Shown here piece after piece: positions 1 to 11,713 of a DNA stretch of 64,000 nt. The notes under the pieces are model-generated. The model worked only from the letters and a program-made list of their open reading frames with translations. It was not told the origin of the DNA and did not search any database. Position 1 is the first letter of the stretch. Every line of letters begins with the position of its first letter. The translations under genes and the position numbers were made by a program. The stretch comes from an uncultured Methanosarcinales archaeon (GTDB lineage: Archaea; Halobacteriota; Methanosarcinia; Methanotrichales; Methanotrichaceae), in NCBI GenBank assembly GCA_963843555.1, contig CAWJKV010000007.1:96001-160000 (forward strand), written 5' to 3'.

Positions 1-1095
1 TGAGGACGCAAAGATGGCCATGCAACTGGCCCTGGCCCACAGGATGAGAAGCAGGCCCTTTGAGCCGCCCACCTGAATAAAGAGAAGCTGGAAAAGTCCA
101 TGGAAAAGCATCAACAAGAGCAGCAACACCCGCATCGGTCGCAGAAGAAAGAAGAGCCTCAGACTCACGAGCCCGATGATCAGCAGGATTCAAAGCAGAC
201 CCAGGCGGCAAAAGCCGAGGAGCAGATCTTCAGTGTCGGATCGTCCATTGATGTGCGCCAGATAAATATGCCCCACAAGAGAGATAGGATTGCGCGCCGA
301 AAAACCAGCGGCAGAAGAATGAATACCTTGGCCCTGAAGAAACGGGGTCGATATCTGCGCCAGAGGATGCCCATGGATGGCAAAGACATCGCCATCGATG
401 CTACGATTCGAGCGGCAGCCCCTTATCAGAGGGTTCGATTCGGTCCCAATGCCATACGAGTGTTGAGCGAAGATATTAGAGAGAAGGAGAGGGTTGGCAA
501 GACCTCGGCCGTGGTGCTCTTCGTGGTGGATGCCAGCGGCTCCATGGGGGCCATGCAGAGGATGGAGAGCGCCAAGGGAGCGGTTCTCTCCATGCTCATG
601 GACTCCTACCAGAAGAGAGACAAAATCGGCATGGTGGCCTTCAAAGGCACGGAGGCGGAGCCAATTCTGTCGCCCTCTTCCAGCGTGGATCTGGCCCTGA
701 GCCGATTGCGTGAGCTTCCCACAGGCGGCAAGACGCCGCTATGTGCCGGCCTCTCCCGGGGACTGCAGATTTTGCAGGGCGAGCTGCGCAAGGATGAGGA
801 GACCAAGACCATGATGGTGCTCATATCCGATGGAAGGGCCAATGTGGGAATGGGAGGAAAGATCAAAGACGAGCTGATGGAGATCTCGGAACAGAGCAAA
901 CGGCTCGGAGTGCACACCATCGTCATAGATACCGAAGTTGTGGAGAGCTCCTTCATGGACATCAGGCTCGGCTACTGTCGGGAGATCGCAGAAACTGCAG
1001 GCGGAAAATACTATCCTCTATCCGGCTTGAGTCCGGAAGCTCTTTACGGCATTGTAGATGGTGAGCAAAAGCTGATCTTTGAGAGCAATACATAG
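1..1095 (+). CDS. Magnesium/cobalt chelatase ChlD/BchD-like subunit with C-terminal VWA domain (5'-partial; probable 1-nt deletion near 74)
   Basis: DASGSM MIDAS motif, IAIDATIRAAAP, LPTGGKTPL and ISDGRAN motifs. An upstream frame (LALAHRMRSRPFEPP) joins the ORF with one indel. Confidence 0.85.
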
Positions 1096-1134
1096 GAGAT
1101 CGGACAGAAGAATCCCAGGGGTGTTGCCAGCGAT

Positions 1135-1995
1135 TTGAGCAAGATGATTGAGATATCGGGACTATGCAAGGACTATTCAGGCATAAAGGTGGTTGACGGC
1201 CTGGATCTGGCGGTTGAGTCCGGTGAGCTTTTCGGCTTCCTGGGACCCAATGGAGCCGGCAAGACAACCTCCATTCGCATACTTACCACCCTCACCAAGC
1301 CCACATCCGGGCAGGTTTGGATTAATGGCATAGATGTGGTCAGAGATCCTGCACGGGTGAAGTCGGAGTTCGGCATAGTCCAGCAGCATCTCAGCCTGAA
1401 CCGGGACCTGACCATTGCCGAGAACCTGGAGCTGCATGCACGGCTGCACCACCTTTCCAGGGCAGATCGAAAGAAGCGCATAGCAGAGCTCCTGGATTAT
1501 GTGGAGCTATCCGATCATGCCGACTACCTCATTGATGATGTCTCGGGCGGCATGAAAAGGCGCGCCATGATTGCCCGGGCTCTCATCCACAGACCGAAGC
1601 TTCTCTTTCTGGATGAGCCAACAGTAGGTTTGGACGCCCATGCCCGCCGCAAGGTATGGGATCTCATCCGCAGGATGAACTCCGAGGGTGCAACCGTCTT
1701 TCTGACCACTCATTATATAGAAGAGGCAGAGGCGTTATGCAAGAGAGTGGGCGTGCTGCATCAAGGCCGGATGATTGCCATTGGCTCGCCTCCCAGCTTA
1801 CGACAAAAACTGGGCACGATTGCCGTGGAGATGCAATTGTCGGGAAACGGTACTCAATACAGGTATTTCCCGGATAGGGCCATGGCCGCGGAGTTCATCC
1901 AGACGCTGCCCAGCTCAGAAAGAGTGGTCATGCGGGAGTCGAATTTGGAAGATGTCTTCATCGAACTGACCGGCCAGAAGGTCACCGGGGATTAG
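1135..1995 (+). CDS. ABC transporter ATP-binding protein (DrrA/NodI type)
   Basis: GPNGAGKTT Walker A, VSGGMKRR signature, LFLDEPT Walker B. Confidence 0.92.
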   Translation: MSKMIEISGLCKDYSGIKVVDGLDLAVESGELFGFLGPNGAGKTTSIRILTTLTKPTSGQVWINGIDVVRDPARVKSEFGIVQQHLSLNRDLTIAENLELHARLHHLSRADRKKRIAELLDYVELSDHADYLIDDVSGGMKRRAMIARALIHRPKLLFLDEPTVGLDAHARRKVWDLIRRMNSEGATVFLTTHYIEEAEALCKRVGVLHQGRMIAIGSPPSLRQKLGTIAVEMQLSGNGTQYRYFPDRAMAAEFIQTLPSSERVVMRESNLEDVFIELTGQKVTGD

Positions 1996-1998
1996 GCA

Positions 1999-2769
1999 AT
2001 GGGGTCAATAATGGGATCAGCCAGGCAATCGACAATGGATGCCTACAGCATACTCTGGGCGGACCTCATGTCTCTCAAGCGCCGGGGCCCCAAGTTTCTC
2101 GTCATCACCCTTGTCAGTCCATTGCTATATTTGGTGGCCTTTGGATGGGGGCTGGGCAGAGGCATGAGTCTCAATGGAACGAGCTATCTTGAATTTGTGA
2201 TTCCGGGCATCATCGCTCTCACTGCCATGAACACCAGCTTCAATGGAGCTGGGAACCGTCTCAATGTGGACCGTCTATTCTACAAGAGCTTCGATGAGTG
2301 CCTCATGGCTCCCATCGGGCTGACTTCGCTTTTAATGGGAAAAGCATTGATCGGAGTGGTCAGAGGCCTGATCAGCTCGGTGGCTTTTCTGATAGTGGCC
2401 TTAATAATTGCGCCTGCCATGCACATCGGGCCGCTGTTCCTGGTCGGCCTGATTCTCACCTGCCTGACCTTCTCCTTCCTTGGCGTTCTCGCAGCACTGT
2501 TGGCCCGATCTCATGAGGACATGGCCACCTTCGGGAGCCTTATTCTGATTCCTATGACCTTCCTGGGCGCGACCTTCTTCTCTCTATCCCAGGTGCCTGT
2601 CGGGCTGGAGTATGCACTCTATTTTCTGCCTCTGACTCACGCCAGCCTGTTTCTGAGGGCGTCGGCATTGGACCAGCCCTTGCCCTGGGGATCCTTTCTC
2701 GCGCTCACGGCATTTTTTGCGTTATTCTTATGGGGCGGCATGCTGGCTTTGAAGAGGGCCAGCGTTTAA
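1999..2769 (+). CDS. ABC-2 type transporter permease
   Basis: About 6 TM segments, YLEFVIPGIIA and LPLTHA motifs, directly follows the ATPase. Confidence 0.88.
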   Translation: MGSIMGSARQSTMDAYSILWADLMSLKRRGPKFLVITLVSPLLYLVAFGWGLGRGMSLNGTSYLEFVIPGIIALTAMNTSFNGAGNRLNVDRLFYKSFDECLMAPIGLTSLLMGKALIGVVRGLISSVAFLIVALIIAPAMHIGPLFLVGLILTCLTFSFLGVLAALLARSHEDMATFGSLILIPMTFLGATFFSLSQVPVGLEYALYFLPLTHASLFLRASALDQPLPWGSFLALTAFFALFLWGGMLALKRASV

Positions 2770-2897
2770 TGGCCTGGAATGCAGAGCCGGATGGGGGGGT
2801 ACAATTCTCATTTTTGATGTCAGACCTGCAAAAGCGAGCTGTCAGAAGAACTTTTTCTTGCCCGGTCTATTCTACAAGAAAATGAGGGCAAGTCTCA

Positions 2898-3455
2898 CTA
2901 TTTCACGAGATGTGGTTCTATTAGAGGCTGATGAGCTGTAGAATCCGGAAAATCGCCCTCAACCAATTTAGAGAGGTCGCTTTTTAATGTGGCTCCACCT
3001 GAATTCAGTAACCATCTCTCCAAATGCCGGTTTTCGTCGCAGTAATAGACAATTGTGCCATTTTGTGAGAGCTGAACAGTCCCATTTTGAATTCGAACAA
3101 GAGTCTCTTCTGTTTCATTTATCACTTCGGCTTTGAAGCCGCGATAACCGAGATTGTTGGACAGCTCTCTATATGAATCTCTGGGCAACATTGCGAGTTT
3201 CTTGAGAAAAATGACTCCATCCGCCTCTGACAGGGTCCATACGGGATTGGGATTTCCCGAAAAAATATCTAATTCTACTTCAACCCTTGCCAACATGAGG
3301 CTATCTCCTTCTGCCATTCCATGCGTGTCCACTGCTGGAATTGATAATGCCGGTGATGGACTGCAAAATGAAAGAATCAGTGCAGGAAGGATCCATGCGA
3401 AAAGGAATGACACTCCATTAGCATGTACCGCGATTCTTCTTATATTCTTTATCAT
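2898..3455 (-). CDS. Hypothetical secreted protein
   Basis: Signal-peptide-like N-terminus, DIFSGNPNPVW and LGYRG motifs; start uncertain. Confidence 0.6.
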   Translation of the reverse strand: MIKNIRRIAVHANGVSFLFAWILPALILSFCSPSPALSIPAVDTHGMAEGDSLMLARVEVELDIFSGNPNPVWTLSEADGVIFLKKLAMLPRDSYRELSNNLGYRGFKAEVINETEETLVRIQNGTVQLSQNGTIVYYCDENRHLERWLLNSGGATLKSDLSKLVEGDFPDSTAHQPLIEPHLVK

Positions 3456-3555
3456 GGCACAACATTATCATTCTCTCCGCAAGGAAATTATACGGAGGCT
3501 TTCTTCTATTCACCATTTATGCAAGCTGCTGAAATATCGCTCAAAATTGATTTAA

Positions 3556-4383
3556 ATGATAGAAGCATGTATAAGACCAATGGTTTCGGTCGTTAAAAGT
3601 CATCCTGTAGTTACATTCTTCGTGCTGGCTTATGGCCTCTCGTGGGGGAACCTTATACTATCCAGGGCCTGGCCCAGTATCCCATTTCTCTTCCCTTATG
3701 GACCAATGCTTGCGGCAGTCATCGTTGCAGGCATCACATGCGGAAAGGACGGATTGAAAGATATGTTCAGGCGTTGTACGCTATGGCGCGTTGGGATTAA
3801 ATGGTATGCTGCCGCACTGCTCCTCCCAGCTGCTATCGCCCTTGCCGCAGTCTACTTCAGCATTCTGCTTGGAGGAGATGAGTCGTTCACAGAACATATC
3901 AACTTGGAGCAGATCAGCCTGTTCAGTCTCTTCCTACTGTTTCCCATCGCCATGATCGATGCTCCGCTGGGAGAGGATTCAGGTTGGCGAGGCTATGCCC
4001 TGCCCAGATTTCCTGCCAGCCGTTCACCTCTTGAGAACACCCTGATCCTCGGAGTGTTAATTGCAGGCTGGCATTTGCCTCTCGCTTTGGCCGAAGAATC
4101 AATCGCTGTGCCGTACCTGATCGCAACTATAGCTTCGGCTGTAGTGACAAATTGGGTTTACTACAATGCCAACGAGAGCGCATTGCTGGCCATCTTGTAC
4201 CATACTGCGGCAAATACCATGGGTCTGTACCTCTTCCCAGCGTTCTCTGGATCCGAGTTGGTGAGGCTGTTCTGGCTGTTGGCGGCAGTGAATTGCCTGG
4301 TGGCAGCCGTGGTGGTCCTCCTGGCACCAGGCCGAATCTCCTGGTCCAACCATAGGTCAACCATATCTAAAGACCGTGAGTAG
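3556..4383 (+). CDS. CPBP family (CAAX/Abi) intramembrane metalloprotease
   Basis: GEDSGWRGYALP (variant of EExGWRG), WHLP and HxxxN motifs; multi-TM. Confidence 0.85.
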   Translation: MIEACIRPMVSVVKSHPVVTFFVLAYGLSWGNLILSRAWPSIPFLFPYGPMLAAVIVAGITCGKDGLKDMFRRCTLWRVGIKWYAAALLLPAAIALAAVYFSILLGGDESFTEHINLEQISLFSLFLLFPIAMIDAPLGEDSGWRGYALPRFPASRSPLENTLILGVLIAGWHLPLALAEESIAVPYLIATIASAVVTNWVYYNANESALLAILYHTAANTMGLYLFPAFSGSELVRLFWLLAAVNCLVAAVVVLLAPGRISWSNHRSTISKDRE

Positions 4384-4503
4384 TGGCTAGATGACCTTAA
4401 GTCCTTCTCTACCGCTCTTGGAGACGGCTTTTTGTAGTTTGGACTAATCTTTTATCCCAAGGAATATCTCCAGAGCTATCTTTGGAAATGAGGACCATAT
4501 CCA

Positions 4504-5565
4504 ATGCGAGGAATACAATGGTTGCTGCTTTTTTTGCCGGTCGCAATTCTGATGGAATTGGCCCACACTGGCGGGGCGCTGGTCTTTGCAGCCTCGGCAC
4601 TAGCTATCATTCCCCTGGCTGGAACTCTGGGAGAGGCCACTGAAGCACTGGCTCTGAAAACAGGTCCGCGCATCGGAGGTCTCCTGAACGCAACCTTTGG
4701 CAATGCAGCGGAATTGATTATCACCCTGGTGGCGCTCCAGGCAGGCCAGATGGAGTTGGTCAGGGCCTCTATCACCGGCTCAATTTTAGGTAATTTGCTT
4801 CTGGTCCTGGGATTGGCCATGCTCGTAGGAGGTCTCAAGAACGGTCTGCAGAAATTCGATCGCCGCCATGTAGACACGGATGCCACCATGACCATCCTGG
4901 CGTTGATCGCCATGAGTGTGCCCTCGCTCTTCAGTCATTACATAGAACCGGACAAGCTGCGAGTCGTGGAGCTGAGCCTGACTACAGCGGGAACGATACT
5001 GATCCTATATATCCTCTTCATCATATACACTCTGAAGAGTTGCAGTTCAGAAAAATGCGATGCCGTAACGGTAAGAGAGGCCCTTCCCACACACCGCTGG
5101 AGTATGCGCAAGGCTTTAGCAATGATGACCTTCTCCATGGCCGGAATCGTCCTGATGAGCGAGTTCCTGGTGGGGTCGGTAGAGGCTGCCACCACGGTCC
5201 TTGGCTTGACGCCTTTCTTCGTAGGAATAATAATCGTCCCCATTATCGGCAATGTTGCTGAGCATCTCGTCGCAGTACAGGCTGCTCGGCAGGATAAAAT
5301 GGATCTGTCCCTTTCTATCACCCTGGGGTCCAGCCTGCAGATCGCGCTCTTTGTTACACCAGTGCTGGTCTTCGTCTCTTTCATTATGGGAGATCCACTC
5401 ACACTGGAGTTCAATCAGTTGGAGCTAATTGCCCTGGCCGCTGCAACGTTCATCTCGGCCCTGGTTGCCCTGGATGGAGAATCTAACTGGCTGGAAGGAG
5501 CAATGCTGCTGGCGGTTTATGGCATCCTGGGCCTGGCATTCTTCTTCCTGCCGGCAGGGGTGTAG
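4504..5565 (+). CDS. cax: Calcium/proton exchanger (CaCA family)
   Basis: GNAAELI and GNVAEH alpha repeats, GSSLQIALF, SNWLEGAMLL. Confidence 0.92.
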   Translation: MRGIQWLLLFLPVAILMELAHTGGALVFAASALAIIPLAGTLGEATEALALKTGPRIGGLLNATFGNAAELIITLVALQAGQMELVRASITGSILGNLLLVLGLAMLVGGLKNGLQKFDRRHVDTDATMTILALIAMSVPSLFSHYIEPDKLRVVELSLTTAGTILILYILFIIYTLKSCSSEKCDAVTVREALPTHRWSMRKALAMMTFSMAGIVLMSEFLVGSVEAATTVLGLTPFFVGIIIVPIIGNVAEHLVAVQAARQDKMDLSLSITLGSSLQIALFVTPVLVFVSFIMGDPLTLEFNQLELIALAAATFISALVALDGESNWLEGAMLLAVYGILGLAFFFLPAGV

Positions 5566-5775
5566 GCTGAAATGTGAGGTGCATTGATTGGATGATTCCG
5601 ACCAAATCAATATGTTGTTCTCTATCGAGGGTCCGGTGCTCCCATATCGATAATTTCTGTGTGATATGCAGGAACGGATTTCATAGAGGATTATGAAAAA
5701 CGAAAATAGCAATTTTTATTGGCAAAAGTTTTATAGGGCGGATATGTTAATCATGATTTATGACACACGAAACCT

Positions 5776-7323
5776 CTGTGGGGAATCGCCTTCTACGACG
5801 TTCGTTCGCTTGTTGATGAAAGAGTTCGCATTTTTGACACCACCCTTCGCGATGGAGAGCAGACTCCCGGGGTATCTCTCACTCAGGAAGAGAAGCTCAA
5901 GATCGCCTGGCAGCTTGATAAACTCGGTGTGAATGTCATCGAAGCCGGGTTTCCCGTCTCCTCGAAGGGGGAGTTTGACAGCGTCCGCCAGATTGCCAGA
6001 GCAGGCCTGAATGCCCAGGTCTGCGGTCTCTCCCGTATCGTCAAGAAAGATGCCCAGGCCTGTATCGATGCTGATGTGGGTATGGTGCATGTCTTTGTTC
6101 CTACCTCGGATATCCAGATCGCTCATACTATTAAAAAGAGCCATGATGAGATCGTAGAAGGGGCCAGGGAAACAGTGCAGTTTGTGAAGGACCAGGGAAG
6201 GACCTGCCTCTTCTCGGCAATGGATGCCACCCGCACCTCTCCCGAGTTCTTGCACCGCATCTTCAAGGCGGTAGAAGAGGTGCATTGCGATGTTATCAAC
6301 ATCCCTGACACCGTGGGAGTGGCGAATCCATCCAGTTTCTATCGATTTGTCAAGGACATCTGTGATGATGTGGATATGGTGGTCGACGTCCACTGCCATA
6401 ACGACTTCGGCCTGGCTGTGGCCAACAGCCTGGCAGCCGTCGAAGCCGGAGCAAGAGAAGTCCAGGTCTGCGTTAACGGCCTGGGTGAAAGGGCCGGCAA
6501 CGCCAACCTGGCCGAGACGGTGATGAGCCTGCACTCCATCTACAGAGCCCGAACCGACATAAAGACGGAATATCTGGTGGAGACGGCCCGGCTCGTGGAG
6601 CGGCTGACCAAGGTGAATATATCTATAACGGCTCCCATTGTGGGGGAGAACGCCTTCTCCCACGAGTCCGGCATTCACAGCCATGGAGTGATCGAGAACA
6701 GCAAGACCTTTGAGCCCGGCATCATGACTCCTGAGATGGTGGGCCACAAGAGGCGCATAGTTCTCGGCAAACATACCGGAAGGCACGCTGTGGCCAAAGT
6801 TCTGGAGGAAGCAGGCTACCGGCCCACAGAAGATCAGCTTCAGGAGATCCTGGAGAGGGTTAAAGAGCTGGGTGATAAAGGAAAGCAGATCGGCAATATA
6901 GATCTTCAAACCATTGCCGATGTTGTGATTGGAGAGGTGGCTAAGGGCAGCCAGGCAGTGGTGCTGAAAGAGGTCTCAGTCATGACCGGGAACATCATCA
7001 CGCCCACGGCAACCGTGAAGGCCCTGGTGCGGGGTAAGGAGAAGGTCCTGGCCAGTATCGGCGTGGGACCGGTAGACGCGGCCGTAAACGCTGTGCAGGG
7101 TATCCTGGAGAGCGAGACATCCATTCACCTCTGCGATTTTCGGATAGAAGCCATAACTGGTGGTGCAGATGCACTGGCGGAAGTGGTTATTGGAGTTGAG
7201 GATGACCGGGGCCGCAAGGTCAGCGCCCGCTCGGCGCGCGAGGATATCGTCATGGCCTCAGTTGAGGCCCTGGTCAGCGCCATAAATAGATTGATGCTTC
7301 TGGAGGAACCTCTTGTTGAATGA
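5776..7323 (+). CDS. leuA: 2-isopropylmalate synthase (LeuA/CimA family) with C-terminal regulatory domain; start uncertain
   Basis: In-frame upstream extension gives [34 protein letters not shown] and GVGPVDAA motifs. CimA is not excluded. Confidence 0.75.
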   Translation: MWGIAFYDVRSLVDERVRIFDTTLRDGEQTPGVSLTQEEKLKIAWQLDKLGVNVIEAGFPVSSKGEFDSVRQIARAGLNAQVCGLSRIVKKDAQACIDADVGMVHVFVPTSDIQIAHTIKKSHDEIVEGARETVQFVKDQGRTCLFSAMDATRTSPEFLHRIFKAVEEVHCDVINIPDTVGVANPSSFYRFVKDICDDVDMVVDVHCHNDFGLAVANSLAAVEAGAREVQVCVNGLGERAGNANLAETVMSLHSIYRARTDIKTEYLVETARLVERLTKVNISITAPIVGENAFSHESGIHSHGVIENSKTFEPGIMTPEMVGHKRRIVLGKHTGRHAVAKVLEEAGYRPTEDQLQEILERVKELGDKGKQIGNIDLQTIADVVIGEVAKGSQAVVLKEVSVMTGNIITPTATVKALVRGKEKVLASIGVGPVDAAVNAVQGILESETSIHLCDFRIEAITGGADALAEVVIGVEDDRGRKVSARSAREDIVMASVEALVSAINRLMLLEEPLVE

Positions 7324-8086
7324 ATCAGTGCCTGGGATAATCGATTCACATTGTCACCTCGATTTCAAGCAGTTTAACAAAGATCGCGAAGCTGTGATGG
7401 AGAACGCCCGAAAGTGCGGCGTGGTCCGGATGATCAACTCGGGCGTGGACTATTCCACCAATCAAAAGTCACTGGATCTGGCGAAGAAATATGATTTCAT
7501 CTTCGCCACCCTCGGTCTCAGTCCCAACACCATAGAAGGCCAAAAAGATCCTGAACTGAAGCTGCGATTGGCGCAGATAGAGGAGAATGCGGGACAGGCG
7601 CTGGGAATCGGCGAGGCAGGACTTGATTATTACCACTGCAAAGACGCCAGCTCGAGAGAGCGGCAGGCAGAGGTTTTCAGAAAGGTCATAGACCTGGCTA
7701 AATCTCTGAATTTGCCGCTGGTTATTCATTCCCGGGATGCGGAACAGCCTGCCCTGGAGATGGTCAAACACCTGGATAAGGTCGTGTTTCACTGCTACAG
7801 CGGAACTCTCGCCACCATGAAAGAGGCCATTGACAGAGGATTCTACATCTCTCTGGCCACAAGCATCTGCCGCTCCGGACACCACCAGATTCTGGCGAGG
7901 AATGTATCAATGGACTATCTTCTGGTGGAGACCGACAGCCCATTCCTAAGCCCACGCAGTGGCAGAAATGAGCCCTCATTTATCCAGGATTCCGTCCGAC
8001 TCATCGCCAAGATCAGAGGCATGGAGCCGCAAGAGGTTGCAGAGAAAACAGCGGAGAATACCAAACGAATTTATAACATCCGTTGA
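7313..8086 (+). CDS. tatD: TatD family hydrolase
   Basis: DSHCHLD, GEAGLDY, IHSR, FHCY and ETDSP motifs. Confidence 0.92.
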   Translation: MLNESVPGIIDSHCHLDFKQFNKDREAVMENARKCGVVRMINSGVDYSTNQKSLDLAKKYDFIFATLGLSPNTIEGQKDPELKLRLAQIEENAGQALGIGEAGLDYYHCKDASSRERQAEVFRKVIDLAKSLNLPLVIHSRDAEQPALEMVKHLDKVVFHCYSGTLATMKEAIDRGFYISLATSICRSGHHQILARNVSMDYLLVETDSPFLSPRSGRNEPSFIQDSVRLIAKIRGMEPQEVAEKTAENTKRIYNIR

Positions 8087-8142
8087 AATGTACTGAAATC
8101 GGAAGAGAATTCAGAACATCTAATTATCGAGAAAGGGTCAAC

Positions 8143-8637
8143 ATGGATCGGATGCCAATACACTTCGAGCACATCATGAGGTATCTGGGCTCCAGAAAGG
8201 AGAAGGGGAGAAAGCAAATAGGCCTCCTCGTCGATGGGCCCAATATGCTCAGAAAAGAGTTCCAGATGGACCTGGAGGAGATCAGGGACATCCTCAAGGA
8301 TTACGGCGATATCAAGATGGGTAAGGTCTTCTTGAATCAGTATGCATCGGAGAAGCTGGTTGAAGCGGTGGAAAATCAGGGGTTTGAGCCGGTGATCTGC
8401 ACCAGTGATGTGGATGTAAGGATGGCAGTAGAGGGCGTGGACATGATATACAACCCTGTCATCGATACCCTGGCCCTCGTCACCAGAGATGCAGATCTTA
8501 AACCGGTGCTCATGAAGGCCATGGAACACGGCAAGGAGACCATCATCTTCGGGGCAGAGCCGGGTTTCTCTGTGGCCCTCAGGAACTCAGCCGATTATGT
8601 CATAGTGCTCCGCGACGGCCAGTACGTTACGGAATAA
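8143..8637 (+). CDS. TIGR00288-like NYN domain protein
   Basis: LLVDGPNMLRKEF, DVDVRMAVE and TRDAD motifs. Confidence 0.88.
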   Translation: MDRMPIHFEHIMRYLGSRKEKGRKQIGLLVDGPNMLRKEFQMDLEEIRDILKDYGDIKMGKVFLNQYASEKLVEAVENQGFEPVICTSDVDVRMAVEGVDMIYNPVIDTLALVTRDADLKPVLMKAMEHGKETIIFGAEPGFSVALRNSADYVIVLRDGQYVTE

Positions 8638-8639
8638 TT

Positions 8640-9401
8640 TTGAGGTTAAAATTGAGTCTGCTATCTAGTCAGCCGTTTCTTTGGCCGGACGGCTTGAGAG
8701 CTTGTGCCTGGGAAAGATGCCGCCATTTGGTGCCGCTCTTGTCAATAGCAGGTCGAAGAGAGGAATACAGGCAGAGGGATGAATGGGGAGACCTGGATAT
8801 CCGTGACAGCGGTTGGAGAAGTCGCATTCCTTTCGGGCTGCCTGTATCCTATTCAGGCATTATATTATCGATCTGCCTGATAGTATTTCTCCTGAGCCAG
8901 ATCGTCCCTGGCTTAGTATATAACTACCTGGCCCTAAATCCGGATTATGTAATGCAGAGGCCCTGGACTCTTCTGACGCATATGTTCGTGCATGCCAACT
9001 TCAACCACCTCCTCTTGAATATGCTCGTCCTCTTGTTCTTTGGCATGGAGCTGGAAAGGCGTGTGGGAAAGACCAAATTCCTGGAGATCTACATCCTATC
9101 CGGGATAGTGGCGGCTTTGGTCCAGATGACGGTCTCGGACGGATTTCTGGTGGGAGCGAGCGGAGCTCTTTATGGAGTCATGGGGTGTCTGGCTATAATC
9201 GCTCCTGAGATTCGAGTACTGCTCTTCTTCATAGTACCTATGAGCATTCGGGCCTTGGTCGTGCTGTTTGCCCTGATGGATTTGTTATTCTTTGGTGCCC
9301 CGGACAACATCGCACATATGGCCCATATCGTGGGGCTTTTGGTCGGATTGGCCTTCGGGCTGATGATGAAGAAACAGCCTAAATATTATTACAACCCCTG
9401 A
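8640..9401 (+). CDS. Rhomboid family intramembrane serine protease (true start probably downstream)
   Basis: PWTLLTHMFVH, HLLLNM, GASG and AHMAHIVG motifs. Confidence 0.9.
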   Translation: MRLKLSLLSSQPFLWPDGLRACAWERCRHLVPLLSIAGRREEYRQRDEWGDLDIRDSGWRSRIPFGLPVSYSGIILSICLIVFLLSQIVPGLVYNYLALNPDYVMQRPWTLLTHMFVHANFNHLLLNMLVLLFFGMELERRVGKTKFLEIYILSGIVAALVQMTVSDGFLVGASGALYGVMGCLAIIAPEIRVLLFFIVPMSIRALVVLFALMDLLFFGAPDNIAHMAHIVGLLVGLAFGLMMKKQPKYYYNP

Positions 9402-10023
9402 GGGCTGTTTTCGAGAAGAAGCTATCCATCATCTGCGTCCCGATCCAATTCGCGACCTGATCTGAATGCGACCGGTTGCAGGTGTCATCCTTTCTGGCTG
9501 GTAAAGCGACCATCTTGGGCCTGAAGTCCGGCCCCGCTTCGGATTGGATGGTTTTGCTGCCCTCATCAGAAGCTTAATTCGGAAGCCCGATTTCTATGAG
9601 AGATATTCGCTACGCTGCACTCGGGATTTAGATAAGTTTCTCCCTCTGGCGAGTAATATTATCTAGATGTTAATATCTAGCATTTAAAGTAGCTTTATAT
9701 GATGTCTAATATGCAAAATACACACCCATTGTGCAGATATGGATTGACTTGAATACCCGCCGCCTTATGGCATAAAATCATGCATATAGCTCAGAGGATC
9801 ATTATATAAATACAACGACAAAGTTAAGTTCCATCTCGCCAGGGACCAATCTTTTTATACTTCAAGAACTGTATTAAAACGGGAGATGTAGCAAGAAGGG
9901 CAAATTAAAACTTTTGATGCATGTGATATGATAGTGCATATATCCGTTCAGAGGAAACAAAAGAATGGTGACGGAGCAGCAGATGTTGAAGCATCTAATG
10001 GCACGCCTCAGCGGTGATTATAT

Positions 10024-11629
10024 TTGAAGTCAATAGTCAAGGGATCGGTCGGCACAATTGTTGGCGAGACCAATCCATTAGCATTCAAGTTTCTCATAAA
10101 TAAAGAGGTTGGAAGGGGCACTTACGTCAAGGCCAAGGCCGAAGGAAAGGAGTGGATCCTGGCCCAGGTTGATGACATAAAGAGGTCAAACTCCGCCTAC
10201 AGCGTAAACCAGCTCAATGATGCAGCCAGAAATTACGATTCAAGAGAGATGATGATCGCCGAGACAAGGGTGATCGGCGTGGGAAGCAACGGCAAGCTAC
10301 ATCTTCCCACCAGTCCTGCCCGGCCGGGAGAACCGGTGTTCATTGCCGATGAAAAGCTGATCAAGGCAACTCTGGGCCTGGCCAAAGGCGATATGTACGT
10401 GGGTATGCTGCGGGGTTACGATATCCGGGTGGAGCTGGACGCCAATACGCTGGTGCAGAAGCACTGCAGCGTGTCTAGCCAAAACAGGTTCAGGAAAATC
10501 CTATACAGCTGCAGTGATCCTGGAAGAGCTGTTGGAAAGAAAAGTGGCTCTGCTCGTCATCGATCCTCACGGCGAATATGCCTCTATGAAGGAGCCCAAT
10601 AAGGTGGGCGACTTCAGCAGGTATAAGATCAAGCCGCGAGGCTACGATGTAACTGTATACACCCCGGGCGAGATGGCCATGAATCAGAGAGCTGACCGGC
10701 CTTTTCGCTTCAATGGCCTGAACCTGTCTGCTCGAGAGGTGGCGAAAATGATTCCTCACGAGGGCAGCAGCAGCGGTCAGTTGGGGCTGCTCTATGAGGC
10801 CATCAGCGCCCTGCGAGCGGAAACGGACGCCTACACCCTGGAGGACATAATTGAGCAGGTTGTGCGCAGCAACTCCAAGGTGAAATGGAATTTGGTGGGC
10901 CAGCTGGAATCGCTCCTGGAGCTGGGGCTCTTCTCCGGCTCGGCGACGCCCTGCGAAGAGATGCTCCGGCCAGGAAAAGCTGCAGTCATCGATATGACCG
11001 GCATCATCCCTGAGCTGCAGGCCATGATCGTCTCCCGGCTCCTGACCGATATCTTTGAGGCCCGAAAGCGCAGGCTGATCTCGCCAGGGATGGTGGTGGT
11101 AGAGGAGGCGCATAACTATATCCCGGAGCGGGGCACGGGGAACGCCGCTTCCACCAATATCGTGCGGACCATTGCTGCCGAAGGCAGAAAGTTCGGCCTG
11201 GGTCTGATGATCATCAGCCAGAGGCCGGCCCGCGTGGACAAGAACGTCATCTCCCAGTGCAACACCCAGATCATCATGAGGGTCACAAACCCCAACGATC
11301 TCAAGGCGCTGAGCAAAGGCCTGGAAGGTATGACCTCCGACCTAGAAGAAGAGATCAAACGGCTGCCGGCAGGCGTGGCCATGCTGGTAAGCAATGAGAT
11401 CGAGCGGCCTATTACGGTCAATGTCCGGCCCAGAAAATCCCGGCATGGAGGCATAAGCACTGAGATTGTCTCCAAAGAGAAGGCCAATGCCTCCATCACC
11501 CATGCGACAAGGGGGCCGGAGAAGAGGCCCGATGCTCCAGCAGGCTCAGCGACGGAAAGGCCCAGCCGGGAGAAAAAGGGGCCAGGCGGCGGATTGCTGA
11601 AGAAGGTCTTTGGGACGAGAAAGGCATAA
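10024..11629 (+). CDS. HerA/DUF87-family ATPase with N-terminal HAS-barrel-like domain (+1 indel near 10474)
   Basis: Removing one base restores HCSVLAKTGSGKS (Walker A); IDPHGEY, VEEAH, EGRKFG and SQRP motifs. Confidence 0.85.
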
Positions 11630-11713
11630 TTTAGGCCAACTCCACCAATTCTGCCAATCCATTTTTTCTCTTACTTTATAAAATATCAGAAAGTGCATTG
11701 AGGATGTCGTGCT

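Noticed and set aside
5680..5697. TTCATA-N6-TATGAA palindrome upstream of leuA, resembling the island box
   Set aside because: The spacer is 6 rather than 4, there is no third half-site, and the CAAATA element is absent at +8.
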